From assembly GCA_028534125.1 (NCBI GenBank), contig CM052817.1, positions 31,498,001 to 31,562,000 of the forward strand: a DNA stretch of 64,000 nt, written 5' to 3'. This DNA comes from Lama glama. Lineage: Eukaryota. Positions 39,601 to 53,909 of the stretch are shown here, one piece after another. The translations under genes and the position numbers were made by a program. The notes below the pieces were generated by a model. It had not been told where the DNA came from. It was given only the letters and a program-made list of their open reading frames with translations, and ran no database searches. The stretch's first letter is position 1; each line of letters opens with the position of its first letter.

Positions 39601-40579
39601 ATTTTTTGTTTCTTTGCTTGTTTCCTTGTTTTAAAGATCCACTGCTTTCCTTTCTTGACTTTCCTTGTAGAAGTCTTTAAAGCTTTATAATGTTAGTCTA
39701 ATCCTTTACACTGGGAGTCCTTCCCCTGGAACACTTTAGTGACCCTTCTTGATAGTTTCCAGCTAGTTTCCAATTTTTTTGTCTTGAGAAATGACCAAAA
39801 CTCCACGTAGTTCTTCAAGTGTTAATTATGTAATTTTGTGCCAACTAGATTTACACGACCTAATATGTTATGACTTTCCAGACACCCTACAGATAATGAT
39901 AATCAATTCAGCAACATAATAATAATGATAGCTAATTTTTTTAAAGATGCAAAATGTTTTCACTACCCTGTTTTAACTGGATGTTCACAACTGTATGAAA
40001 TAGGTAAGGCAGATGCTATTCCCCCACCCCAACCTTTTTATGCATGGGATTACTGAAGTTCAGAGTAATTATGTGACTCCCTGGTCCCACAGACCAAATA
40101 AACACTAGACCCTGGGTTTACTGACTCCCCATCCTTGTATTTGACAGTCTCAGGCACTATCAAAAGGTCAAGGTAGAAATGCAGGATGTTATGTGTAGAG
40201 TTCATTAACTTAAATCCATAGACTAGAAACTATTAGCAAAGAATTTAATTCAACTTCCTTCTAAATAAATACAACAAAACAAAAAATATTTCTAGTGGCA
40301 CACCAGCGTCCTCTCTGAGGAAATGAAAGCTACATGTTGACATACTAAGTTAGCTTCATTTAGGTTTTTTTTTGGTGTAATGTTTGTGAATCTTAGTGCT
40401 GAAAATATTTGATTGCAATTTAGGGCTCTCTCAGAATGCATGGGAAGCAAGTCACTTTTATTTGCAAAAAATGCTTTAATGAAATTTTAATGTAAAATAA
40501 GGGAAACTATGTATTCTAAGTTTTATTATAATTTCTTCCCTGCCCCATCACTTTGTGTTTTTACTTTTTATATTTTTAA

Positions 40580-40814
40580 ATACCCCCTTCACCCATTTTT
40601 CCCATCTTCCACCTCCCACCTCTGGCAACCACCAACTTCTTGTCTATATCTATAAGCTTGGTTTTTAACTTTAATTTTTTTAGATTCCATGTATAAGAAA
40701 GATCACACTACATGTCTTTCTTTGACTGACTTTCACTTAGCAATGCCCTTGAGGTCTATATATGTTGTCACAAATGGCAAGGTTCCATTTTCTTTTTTAT
40801 GGCTGAGTAATATT

Positions 40815-40865
<51 letters not shown>

Positions 40866-42573
40866 CACAATTTTTTTATCCATTCATTTACTTATGGACA
40901 TTTACATTGTTTCCATATCCTGGTTATTGTAAATACTGCTGCAATGAACACTAAGGTGTATATATCTTTACAAGTTAGCGTTTTCATTTTCTTCAGATAA
41001 ATACCCAGGAGTGGAACTCCTGGATCATATGGTATTTATATTTTTAATTTTTCAAGGAACCTCCATATAGTTTTCTATAGAGGCTGCACCAATTTACATT
41101 TCCACTAAAAGTGCACAACAGTTCCCTTTTCTCCACACCCCTACCAATACTTGTTACTCTAGTCCTTTTGAATAGCTGTTCTGACAGGCATGAGGTGATA
41201 TATCACTGCAGTTTTGATTTGCATTTCTCTGATGATTAGTGATGTTGAATGCCTTTCCATGTACTGTACTACTTTGGGAAAATGTCTACTCAGATCTTAT
41301 GTCTACTTTTTAATTGAATTGTTTTTTCGCTAGTGAGTTGTATGAGCTCTTTATACAGTTTGGATATTAACTCCTTATCAGATATATGAGTTGCAAATAT
41401 TTTCTCCCATTTAGTATGTTGCCTTTTCATTTTGTCGATGGTTTCCTTTGCTATACAGAAGCTTTTTAGATTGATGTAGTCCCATTTATTTATTTTTGCT
41501 TCTGTTGCCTTTTCTCTTGGTGTCAGATTTTAAAAATCATCATGAAGGCCTATGTCAAGGAGCTTACCACATCTGTAGTCATTAGGGATATTGGCCTGCA
41601 ATTTCCTTTTCTTGTGGCATTTTTGTCTGGCATTGGTATTGGGGTAGTGATGGCCTCATAAAATTAGTTTGGAATAATTCCTTCCTATTTTTTGGAATAG
41701 TTTGAGAAGGTTTGGCATTAATTCTTCTATTAATGTTTGGTAGAATTTTCCAGTGAAGTCACCCAGTCCTGGACTTCTATTTGTTGGGAGTTATTTGATT
41801 AATGATTCAATCTCCTTCCTAGTAATCCATCTGTTCATACTTCCTATTTCTTCATAATTCAGTCTTGGTAGGTTATACATCTCTAGGAATTTGTCCATTT
41901 TTTCTAGGTTGTCAAAAATTTTGGTCTATAATTGTTTGCAGTAGTCTCTTATGATCCTCTGTATTTCTGTGGTATCAGTTTTAAGACCTCTTTCATTTCT
42001 GATTTGATTTATTTGAGTGCTCTTTTTTTCTTGATGAGTCTAACGAAGGTTTTATCAATTTTAGGTTTTCAAAGAAACAGCTCTTAATTTCTCTGATTCT
42101 TTCAATTAACTTTTTGGTCTCTATTTTATTTATTTCTGACCAAATCTTTGTTATTTCCTTCCTTCTACTAACTTCGGGATTTTTGTTGTTATTGTTCTTT
42201 TTCTAGTTCCTTGAGGTGTAAGCTGAGGTTATTTATTTCAAACTCTTCTTGTTTATTAAGGTGGGCAATTATTGCTATGAACTTCCCTCTTAGAACTGCT
42301 TTTACTGCATTCCATAAATTTTGGTATATCATAGTTCCATTTTCATCTGTCTCAATATATTTTTCAATTTCTCTTTTGATTTATTCTTTGACCCACTGGT
42401 TGTTCAGTAGTATGTTGTTTAATCTCCACATATTTGTGAATTTTCCAGCTTTCTCTGTGTAATTGATTTCTAGCTTCCTACCACTGTGATCAGAAAAGAA
42501 GCTCGATATGATTTCAGTCTTCTTAAACTATTAAAACTCATTTTGTGGCCTAACATATGATCTATCCCAGAAA
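40580..42573 (-). mobile_element. L1 3' portion (ORF2 from SGIDHMLGHK to 3' UTR) with an internal RT deletion at ~41570 and (TG)n at 40817-40864
   Basis: Reverse-strand L1 ORF2 and 3' UTR motifs. Confidence 0.9.
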
Positions 42574-42579
42574 AAAAGC

Positions 42580-44957
42580 TTCTTCCAGAAAACAGCTCAT
42601 ATATTCATCTGGAGCCCCAATTTTTGAGACTCCTGCCCAGGGTTACACTTCTAGGTCACTTGGCTCTGGTGGCAGCAAGTGTTACACTTGTAGTCCCATA
42701 GGACTATATATATTTGTATAGTCTTAAAAACTGTTGCCTACAAGTCTGGCTTCCAATTAGCCTGAATCTACATGCTGAGGTCCTCCTCTTTGGGATACTG
42801 ACAGGTCTTAGCATATCGTCAACCACTGGGAGATTAAAAATATAATGGGCTGCTTGGACTAGCACAAAAGTTTGAGAAACAACCAAGAGCTTGGGCAAGA
42901 TTGAGTGACAAGGTTCATCTCCTACTCTAGGCCATTCTTTCAAGATTGGAGGAGGTGGTTGTTTTAGAGTTACAGAGAGTCAAGTAAAATGAAGAAACAG
43001 AGGAACATGTTCCAAATGAAAGAGCAAGATAAAATATCAGAAAAAGAAATCGTAATGAAATGGAGGTAAGTAATTTACCTGATAAAGAGTTCAAAGTAAT
43101 GGTAATAAAGATGTTTACCAAATTGAGAAGAATGGATGAACACAATGTGAACTTTAACAAAGAGATGGAAAATAAAAGAAAGTACCAAACAGATATCACA
43201 GAGATGAAGAATACAATAAGTGAACTGAAGTGTACTAGAAGTATTCAACAGCAGACTAGATGAAACAGAAGAAAGAATTAGTCAACTAGAGGACAAGACA
43301 GTGAAACTCACCCAGAGCAGCAAAACAAAAAAAGAATGATAAAATGTGATGATAGCTTACAGATGAATGGAACAATAGCAAACACTCTAACATTCACATT
43401 TTGTGGCTCCCAGAAGGAAAAGACAGAGAGAAAGGCACAGAAATTTTATTTGAAAAAACAATGACTAAAAACTTTCCTAACCTGGGGAAAAGAAACAGAC
43501 ATCTGGTACTAGGAAGCTCAGAGATTCCAGATAAGAACGTGAGGAGACCTATACCAAAATTTTAACACTAAAATTAAAGTGTTAAAAGTTAAAGACAAGG
43601 AAAGACACTTAAAAGCAGCAAAAGAAAAACAACTTATTATGTACAAAGGAACCCTCATAAGACCACCAGCAGATTTTTCAGTAGAAACCTTGCAGGGTAG
43701 AAGGGAACAGCACAATACAGTCAAAGTGCTGAAAGAAAAACCTTCCAACCAAGAAATCTTTACCCAGCAAAGTTATTCAGAATTGAAGGAGAGATAAAGA
43801 GTTTTCCAAAGAGGCAAAAGCTAAAAGAGTCATCATCACTAAACTGTATGTATAAGAAATTTTAAAGGGACTTCTTTAAGCTGAAAAGGGTGCTAATGAG
43901 CAACAAGAAAAATATCTGAAAGAATAAATTTCATGGGAATGGTAAATATATAATAAATGTAGTAGATTAATCACTTATAAAGTTAGTATGAAGGTTAAGA
44001 GACAAAAGTAGTAAAAATAGCTATGATTGCAAATAGTTAAGGGATACATACATAAGATAAAAGATATAAAATGTAAAATCAACATACAAAAAGCATGGGG
44101 GGGGATCTTAAGCTTTAGAATGCAATCAAACATGTTATTAACCTAAAATAAACTGTTACAGATCGTTACATGTGAGCCTCATGTTAACCACAAAGCAAAA
44201 GCCTGTAGTAAATACACAGAAGGTAATGAGAATGGAATCTAAGCATACCACTAAGGAAAGTCATCAAACCACAAAGAGAGCAAGAGGAGAAAAAAGGAAC
44301 AGAGAAGAACTATAAAAAAAAGCCAGAAAACAATTAACAAAAGGGCAGTAAGTATATACCTATGAATAATTATTTTAAATGTAAATGGACTAAATTCTCC
44401 AGTCAAAAGACAGAGTGGCTGAATGGATAAAAATTTAAAAAAAAAAAAAAAACAAGACCCATCTATGTTGCCTACAAGAGACTCACTTTAGATGTAAGGA
44501 CACCACAGACTGAAAGTGAAGGGATTGAAAAAAATATTCCATCAAATGAAAACCAAAGGAAAAATGGGGCAGCTTTACCTATATCATACAAAATAGACTT
44601 TAAAACAAAGACCATAATCAGAGACAAAGAATATGTAATTATCATTACATAATGATAAGGGGGTCAATCCAATAAGAGGATATAACATTTATAAACAATA
44701 ACGCACCCAAAATAAGAGCCCCTAAATATATAAAGCAAATATTAATCAATCCAGAAGGAGAAACTGTAATGCAATAAGATGAAGAGACATTAGCACCCCA
44801 CTTACATCAATGGATAGATCATCCAGACAGAAAATCAATAAGGAACCAACTCCTTAAATGATGCATTCTAAGATGTACTTAACAGACATATACCGAACAT
44901 TCCATCCAAAAAGCAACAGAATACACATTCTTCTTCAGTGCACATGGAACATTTTCA
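42580..44957 (+). mobile_element. L1 5' portion (5' UTR, decayed ORF1, ORF2 endonuclease to AHGTFS), inverted relative to 40580-42573
   Basis: ORF1-like MKKQRNMFQMKEQDK, LPDKEFKVMVIKM and YKGTLIRPPADFSVETLQ; endonuclease motif LNVNGLNSP near 44375. Confidence 0.9.
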
Positions 44958-45115
44958 GTTTCCATCTGGAGTGATAAAAAAGTTCTGGAACTAAATACCA
45001 GTGGTTGTTGCACAACGTTATTAATATACTTATTTAACGCCTCTGAATTATACACTTGAAAATTGTTACACTGGTAACTTCTATGCCTATGTGTATTTAC
45101 CACAATAAGAAAAAA
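44958..45115 (+). mobile_element. L1MB-type 3' terminus, right part
   Basis: ggagtgataaaaaagttctggaactaaat...ttgcacaac...tttaccacaataa. Confidence 0.75.
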
Positions 45116-47169
45116 GATATCATTAAGAGAGTTAAGACAAGCCACAAAGCACAAACAAGTATTTGCAAAGGATATACAGATAGTGAGTTTGATTCAGAAT
45201 ATATATATTATACCTTTTAAAAATAAATTTTAAAAGGCAGAAAACCTAACAAAAAAAAAAAAGGAGGAAATCTAAGTGGCACTTCGACAGAGAGTAAATG
45301 CCAACAGACAATGAAATGAAGTAGACTTGCTCATCCTCTTTAATAATCAGAGAAATGAACAGTGAAACACCACTGTGCACACACAAGCACCTGGCCACCC
45401 AGGGGCAGAGGCGAGGCTCAGGACTAAGAAGAGGGAAGGTCCAAGTCTGAGCGGAGAGTTGGGGAGGCAGGAGGGTGGGGGTGCGCAGGTCTCCTGTTCT
45501 ATTCCACACAGCCTACAACCACTGCCAATACATGTTGAATGTTTAATAACTATTTTAAGATTTGAGAATCATATTTAGTCATGAAAGTCATTCCAGTGGT
45601 CACACAATCCAATTTCCTCATTTTAGAGTGGAAACTGAGGCACTGCCTAGATAAGTGACCTCCCCAGGATCACACAGGTTAGTGGAGCTGCAACCAAACC
45701 TCACACTGCCAGTTCATGTTCCACTGAGCCCAGCCCCTTGTCATGCATGAACATAGGGTCAAACTTTGTCACTTTCTACTCCTAATCCTCCAAAATCTTT
45801 CTATCACACTTAAAAAAAAACAAAATCCAAAGTCTTTTCCATGGCCCACAATGATCCATGTATGATCTTACCTGGTTCTCCAGCCTCTTCCCCCATGCAC
45901 CCCACCCTACTCCCCCTCAGCCTCTTGGTTGTTCCTGGAGCAAAGGAGAAATCCCTCTCTGGGGCCTTGCATTTCTGGATTCCCCTGCTTGAATGCCCTC
46001 CCCCAAGAGCCACATGGCCTTTTGAGTATTCTCGTTTAGGACTTAAAATGCTTTTATTTTTCTTAATATTTTTTAAAATTATTTTCTTCTCATAATTTGG
46101 ATTAAATCTAATAGAAAATGACCCTTTTATAGCAAAGTTATTAACAGAAAATTGTGCCTCTATGTAATATTTGGAAAAAGCACAGAATACTGGTTGGTGA
46201 CAAAATAGATTTACAAAAATCAAGAGATTGATTATATATCAACAATATCTAATCACAACATATCAGGAAAATTCACCTATTCACAAGAGTAACTACAACC
46301 ATAAACTACTCAGGAAAACATTTAGCAAGAAAAGTATGGGACTTTGAAAAGCAACTCTGAAACTTTTTTTATTAAGGAAAAATAAATTTAACAGATTAAA
46401 GTAGATATGCTACTTTGCTCTTGAAAGGAAAACTTTTAAGAACGTAAATAAATCAGAAATGTGCTTTTTTTTAGTTGTTTTACAGTGGAGATGCCTGAGG
46501 ATATTTTACTGGTAGAATCTGTTGATAATATCAGATATTAGAACAAATAAAGTTCCACGTGCTTTGCAGAAGCAGATCCAGGTTTTGAGTGGCATAAAGC
46601 TTATACATTTTGAGGAGAAGATTGTTTTTGTTTTTGTTTTTGTTTTTGTTTTTGTTTTTTCAGTGCAAAACTATAAATACAAAAGCACTCGGGCCCTTCC
46701 AGGGGCCTTAGAAAGGGCTACGGAATTGAAAGGCTCTCAAGCTTACTTTCCTTTAACTTCCCGATAGATCCCCCCCTGGTGTTATGTAAAACTGCAGTAA
46801 CACACGTTTATCACAACCAGCACCCTGTCATGTGCCCCACAGACAAACCTCCAGAGTGAAACACCCAAAGCAGATCCAACAAGAGCTCCACCAATACAGG
46901 CTCAGAGATGCCAAGAACGTGAACTGGCCCTACCCCAAAGTATCCACTTCCACCCGTTACCAGGACTCCGCAATGCAACTGGACTACAAGCCACGGAGAT
47001 CAATTTAAAGAATGGATCACCTATGATTAGTGGCTTACTAGGAGAATGAAATGGTTATGCGTACCATAAAAATGTCTGTATCTGGGAAAAGTCAGGTGCA
47101 AGAGCAGAAACTCTGAAACATATTATACTAAAAAGACAAAAGTGGGTGAAAGTGCAAACTACTAATTAT

Positions 47170-47415
47170 AGTAACAACTGCTGATACTTACAGTGACACT
47201 ATTTGCCAGGAACTGTCCTAATGACTTTATGTTTAGGGATCCATTTACACCTCACAAAAACCTGTGAGGGAAATACTATCATTTGCCCCGGTTTAAAGAT
47301 GAGGAAAATGAGGCACAGAGAGATTAAGTAACTTGTCGAAGGTCACACAGCTAATAAGTAACAAATTTAGGATTTCAGCCCAGACAATCTGGCTCCAAAG
47401 TCCATAGTACACTCT
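47170..47415. mobile_element. MIR SINE
   Basis: gatgaggaaaatgaggcacagagagattaagtaacttgtcgaaggtcacacagcta. Confidence 0.85.
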
Positions 47416-50400
47416 CTAGGTCACAGAAATTCTATTAACTCAGAGACGGACCTTAGACCACAACAGAAATAACAAAGGAGTAGAAAACTGCTGAAAAGCT
47501 CGCTCTAGCACCTCAAGAAACCCATTATCTCATCCAGTGGATACTGATCTCGTTTCCTATAGATATTTTAGTCATAACACCCATCCTTAGAAAGCGATTA
47601 AGTGTGACGTTTGAAAATAAAAGGACCCTGTTTAGAAACAAATTCTGAATTACATATTTGATTTTTAGCATCAAGCTACTCATCTTTTTCCAAGAAAAGT
47701 CAAATCTCTGCCATTTTTGGATATTGTACTACAATCAATCCTAGTCAGAACTGAGTTAACCTAAATATCAGCTTCCTTTACTATTTTAAAAAGCGTTGAA
47801 CTAACAACTTATTACAGTAGACTTAGAGACGTCCTCTTCAGCTATGACCCTGTTCCCTACTCGGTGGGATAGACAATGAATGTGAATCAGTTCACCTTTA
47901 ATTGAGTTACCTGGGAGTTTTCTCTGTGAAGAAGAATCATGTATTTATGAAATGATCTACTTAACCAAACCCATTTTAAACTTCTTAAGAGTCACAATTT
48001 CAATATAACCATTTCAACTTCTTTTTATCTAAGCATTCACAGGAGTATTTTCTTCCTGTGGGTCTCTTTTCTGCATAGTCTAGTGAAATTCATAGGGTCC
48101 CCACCAACTCACAGGGGTACAGCGAGGAAAAAACAAACACAAATCAACAACTGTTAAAAGGTCCCATGTATAAGCCAAAGAAGGGAAGGAGGAAGGAAAT
48201 GTATGTGCAGAGGTGGTCAGTGAACTTACTGTTTAAGGAAGTCCCCCTTTATGGGAAGTAGCACGATGTGGTTTAACAGTACGCTCGAGAGAAAGATAAG
48301 ACACCTTGGTTCACCTAGTCAAATAGGATGTCACTGCAGAGAAGGTACTTGACTTGGTTGTCCCCCAGTGCCTTCACTTGTGAAGCAGATGGTGGCCAAT
48401 GTGCTGGTTACCCACACATATGCTCTGTGGAAATGCTACAGAGAACAAAGCATTATAAGCAAGTATGCAAAACTCCTGTGCTTCTGCGAAACCTATGCTA
48501 TGCAAAATTTAAGAACAAAGGGAAACTCAAGGGCCAGGGAAGTTAAGAGTCCCAGGTCATCCAGAAATGCATGGACAAGTGCAAACAACAGGGGTACACA
48601 AAGGTAAGAGCTCCAGATCTCAAGAGGCCCCCTTTGAAACAGACTGGATGTAGCATAGAAACGTCTGATCATGAACCCAGAATGGCAGAACTGTACCTGA
48701 ATCAGACTGTAGGCTTCACGAAGCCAGAATCATACATCTTTTAATTCCTCTATTCCTATCATACTGTACATACTCATTAAATCTTTGTTGTACAAATGAT
48801 GAATAAAGAAAAACAAATGATCTGAGTCCCATATAACAAGTAAAAGTGTATGCCAGAGATGAAGACTGAGGTGCAGCTAAGTAACTTGGCCAAGATGGCA
48901 GAATCAGCAGATGGCAGATCTGAGGTCCGACCCAGGTGTGAACCTGTATTCTTTCCTCCCCATGTGAGTTACCAGTGAAAGACACCATTAGATAATTTAT
49001 TATCAGAAGTAAAATAAGGGAGATGACATTTTAACACTCAATTTTTGAAGATCCCTTTCCATATGGATAATGCACTGTATTAACTTTGTATATCATTTAA
49101 GAAAATATGCCTATAAACATAAGCATTTCCCCTGCCTACTTCCAATGCAATTTTATTATACTCAGACTCAAATTATTTACTGCATGCCTGGTATATACTC
49201 ACAGAAAAAGAAAATTCATTTTATTGAACTTTCAGGATGAATAAAGAGCAAGTAAGACATAACCAAAACACATTTGAGGAAACTAAAGTAAATTTTCATT
49301 AATTTCTGAATTTATTCAGAAAACATTCATTTCATATTTAGCTGCATTGATGGCATTATGCTCGATGCTATGGAAGAGGCGAGCACACATAAGTCACAGC
49401 CTATGTCTTTAGGGAGCCTAGACTGAGAGAGGAGAAAATCCTCAAGTGTCCATAATGCAAGAAAAAAAGCACCACAAGGAGGAGTTTAGTAGCAGAAGAG
49501 ATGCCTTCTGGCCAAGGGTTTTGAAGGACAAGCTTTAGGGAGGAGAAAGGGCAGTGAACTGGGCCTTGAAGAACAGACAGACTTGAACATCGGACAGACT
49601 TGAACATGCAGAAACAGGGCTGGGTGGGTAGACAGGGGTCATTCCAGACACAGGAAACAACATGGGCCTGGAGGGCTGGAAAAAAGTCAGGAAATACATA
49701 AAGACAAAATAAATATTAATACACACACACACATATACATATACACACATACACATAAAGACAGACATAGTCCCCTACAAGGAGAAAAATTCACATGTTA
49801 CATTCTCATGAGCAGGGAATTACACCTATCCATGTTACTTTTTGCAGTGGCAAATACAATTAAGAACAGCTACATCTATGTGATTACTTGCAATAAAAAT
49901 AGAACTTTTCCCAAAAGTCTCCTCATACAACCAGGATGATTGGACTGAGTTGTTGAGGGGAGGTTTCCTTTCCCACAATCTATTAAAATTCACTAGATAT
50001 TTCATTTAAGTCTCTTACTTATTCACTTAATTTTATTTAACAACTATATTGCACATATTGTGTGCAATTTCTTACTTCAGGTGTTTACCAATGTGGAATT
50101 ATGCAAATACTATAGGTAGCTCTCTAAGACTAAAAATTAAAAAGGTCTAAAAAAAGAGCTTTGGTAAAAAGACTGCAACAATGTTTTTAATTATCTGAAG
50201 TCGTAATCATTAAACTTTAATATTTATCTCGGAAGTATAGTAATAGTCACAAAACCCAAGGCCAATAATGTCAGGAGTTCTCCTAAAAGAGTCACAAAAT
50301 TAATTACTGGATAACACAGGTGTTTCTCAGCTCCCTTCTATGGGTAATTCTCTACCTGTATCTGACCAGTATTAACCAGTGGCTAAACCATGTTCAAAAT

Positions 50401-52379
50401 GGTTTTAGAAACAACTCAAATTGTAGTTTTAAATGGCTATGTATAATTATTACCAACAAGAATTATTTTGAGAGCCTAGTGGGTGCAAGACATTATGTGA
50501 TATACTCAAATTACAGGACAACAACCTCTGCTCTCAAGGAGATTATTATGTAGCTGGTGATTTAAAAAGGCAATAATGATAATAATGCATATAAATTTAA
50601 CAGTAATTCTGAAAAGGCTGGCATTTACAGCTGGAGGGTGGGGAGGTGAATAAGGCATCTCACTTAAGTGGACTTGAGATGGGATCTGGATAAACAGAAG
50701 GAGAAGTGTTAGGCACAGCAAGAGCAAAGCTTCAAAGACAGAAAAGTGACAAGTATTTTTAAGCCAACCGGTCTGAACAGTCAATAGGTGGAGTCCATTC
50801 TGTGAACAACCACATTATTTAAGTTGTATAAGTGCCCTCGCCTCCTAGGGAAACCCAAACACATTCTTTCCAGAACAAAGGCAGTGCAAACAGAGAGGCT
50901 GACCTGAGTTTTGGTCCAGGCTTAACAACTAGCTTACTGGGTGACCTGGAGCAAAGTATCTCCTTATCCTCAGTTTCCTCAAATGAAAAATTTGGGGGCT
51001 ATTCTTTAAAATTCCTTCAAGCTCTAAAATTGTCCAAGTCTTCTTCATTACTAACAAATCAATCATCCCCTTGGATGGGTAATTATCAGTATAATAAATC
51101 TATATAGGCCTAGAACAGAATAGCGCCACAAACACACCAATCCCTCTTTCACCCCAGGGCCTTTGCACATGATGTTTCCACAGTATGAATGAGCTCTTTC
51201 TGCCCAACACTGCCCATACTCCAACCTTTGGCCAAGTGGAGGCCTTCCCCAACCCCTCCCCAACCTCCACCCACTTCCTCGCCAAAAATGTACACAGTCT
51301 ACACTTTTACCACCAAAGCTTTCTCGGCTCATATAATTTGGTCTCTTTTTCAACTGTCCCTCAGGATAGATACTATCATACTTATCCTCAGCAACAAACA
51401 CTGAACAGAAACTACAAGTTACAGAACTATCTTCAAAGATTTCTAAGAGCCCCTTGCCCCATAGTTCATGATGCAGAGAAAAACAAAAGTCAGGTTACAA
51501 AAATCATGATGTCAAATACAGTTCTTTTTTTTTTAACTGCAACGTTACACATACTTCTGATTAAGACAGGTCTCTTTCAAGATAGGCAGATGTGAAAAGG
51601 AGGTAGGGAGAAACACAGTTTATTTCAACTATACCATTTCCCAAACATTCTGGGAATTGTTTCTTCATAATTGCCTTCAGTGCCTACAGCAGTTTTTTGA
51701 ATATATTCAGTGCTAAAATAGCTAAATAAAACTTTGGTGGAAATTTGACTTTTTGATATCACTAAAAATTGCTGAGAGCTAAGTCTTATGAATAAAATAA
51801 ACTAGGTAATACCATTTCTGAGCAGAAATGCTGATTTTCTGTACAGCCTTTGTCTCTCTCACCACGATATAAATAATCAATGGATAAACCACAACTATCA
51901 GAGCCAGACCCAAGAGTGTTTTTCGAGATCTAGAACTCTTTTATTATTTCTACTTTTAAGTAGCACAAGGACCAAACCTTTGATTAAACTCCCTCTTCAC
52001 TTACTAGTAATTTATTCATCCTGTACTGTTTTCCATAAAACACTTTACATGTCTAAAATTGTTTAACACAGAAGAATAAAAAGTTAAAATTGAGATGCGG
52101 GAGACAGGAAGGAAAACAGGGATAAGGGATTTGTACTCATCCTAGAGGACCAGGCTAAAATAACTTACTCTGCAGGAAGGTGAACTTCAGCTCCTAAGGA
52201 TGATCATGAGAATTAGAGTAGGAGAACAACTACAATGGTTTTAAAACCTGATTTCATGTTTGTGGACTCTCATATATAATCACTGAGTCATCATGATACA
52301 GTTGGCATTCTATAACAAAGGACAAGGGACAGCATTTCCTCCATACACTTCTCTTCCTTGCACCACGGAAATTTACAAA

Positions 52380-52850
52380 TTTTATGTCTTGACCTACTAA
52401 ACACAATATGTGACCAGGGATTAAATCCTGGATTTGGGCAAGGAGGGGAGGTTGAGAAAGAGCTATGAAGACATCAGTGGAATGATGAATGAAATTTTTC
52501 TACAGACTCTGGACCAGATAGAAGTACTGTGTCAGTGTTTAACGTCTTGATTTTGACCATTGTTCTGTGGTTCTACAAGAGAATGCTTTACTTTTAGGCA
52601 ATACACAACGACCTATTTAGTGGTAAAAGGGGCGCTATCTACAACTCACTCGCCAATGGTTCAGAAGACAACACGCATGTAAAGAGAAAGAGACAAAGGT
52701 AAAGACCAAAACAGTGATAGAACAAATGGGGAAACCACAGGCAATTTGTGAATCTGAGTAAAGGTTACTTGAGAGTTCCCTGTACTATTCTTGCAACTTT
52801 TCTGCAAGTTTGAAACCATAGCAAAATTTACAGTTGCAAAAAAAAATTTT
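52380..52850 (+). mobile_element. Old L1 (L1MC/ME-type) 3' end
   Basis: ctgtactattcttgcaacttttctgcaagtttgaaa terminus. Confidence 0.7.
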
Positions 52851-53909
52851 TAGGAATGTAGATGGAACAAATGGCATTCTCCCCCTCTTCTGTCTTAAAT
52901 AGGTTTTTGCCTCCCAGAGAGGGGGAAAAAAGAAGTGAATGTTATTAAATGAAAATGGACAATTTATCAAATTAAGAGGGTATATCAGACCCTAGGACTT
53001 CAGACCTGCATCTTGGCCCTTGTAGGTGACGAAGGATGAGGAAGTCAGATCCAGGACAGCAGAATAAGGAAACAGATATGAATCAAAAGTGGGAGAAGAG
53101 ACACAAAAAGGAAATTGAGACACAAACAGGAAGTTGGTATTACCTTATTGCAGAAACAAGGAAACTCAACTGACAATAAGAAAATGAGTTATTGCAGGAT
53201 AATAGAGTTGAGCATTTTCAAAGCCAGAAAAATCCCCTAGTACACTAACCACTACACTGTCTATGGAGTACTTAGAGCTGTCCCACTTTTTACAGGCTGG
53301 CGAGCTGTCTGGGAGCCTGATGCAAATGCTTCCGACTGTCCTGTAGTAAAAGAAACTATTTCTTCCACACCACATTCACCCCTAGAATCCTAGAAAGTGT
53401 TGGAAGAGATAAAATTTCAGGTAGCCATTAGAAGGGTAAACCTGTGCTTCCCATTGGGGGATCCACCTGGTCTAAGGGAACAACTAAGGAGAAATATCTA
53501 ATCATCTCAAAACCTTAATAAACTCTTATTCCTATCTCTCTGCAGTCTCCAGGTTCCCAGGCTGGTCAAGAATACAACCCTGTATGGCCCAGAAGGCCTT
53601 ACAGAAATATTTGAGGTTGCCCAGGATATTTAAGAGAGTCTTGTCATCATACTTGCAACTGATTGCCTCCACCATCCTAATGGTTAACCATTAATGGCAA
53701 AAGGCTAAATTTTCAAGCATCTCATTACATGAAATTTTTTATTTCAGTACAACTAGAATAAAATGATAAAGGAGTCGTTATAGGAAGAGCACTGAATTTA
53801 GAGTCAGAATATCAAGGCTCAAATCCTTAATCTTCTACTAATTACCAGTATGATGTTTGTATAGGATAAACCTGCCCTGCCTGATTGTTACGATTAAGGT
53901 CTCCCTATG

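Noticed and set aside
49575..49610. Short tandem duplications (gacagacttgaacat x2; similar at 26214-26270, 34934-34965, 61913-61955)
   Set aside because: Common slippage duplications within decayed repeats, with no array structure.
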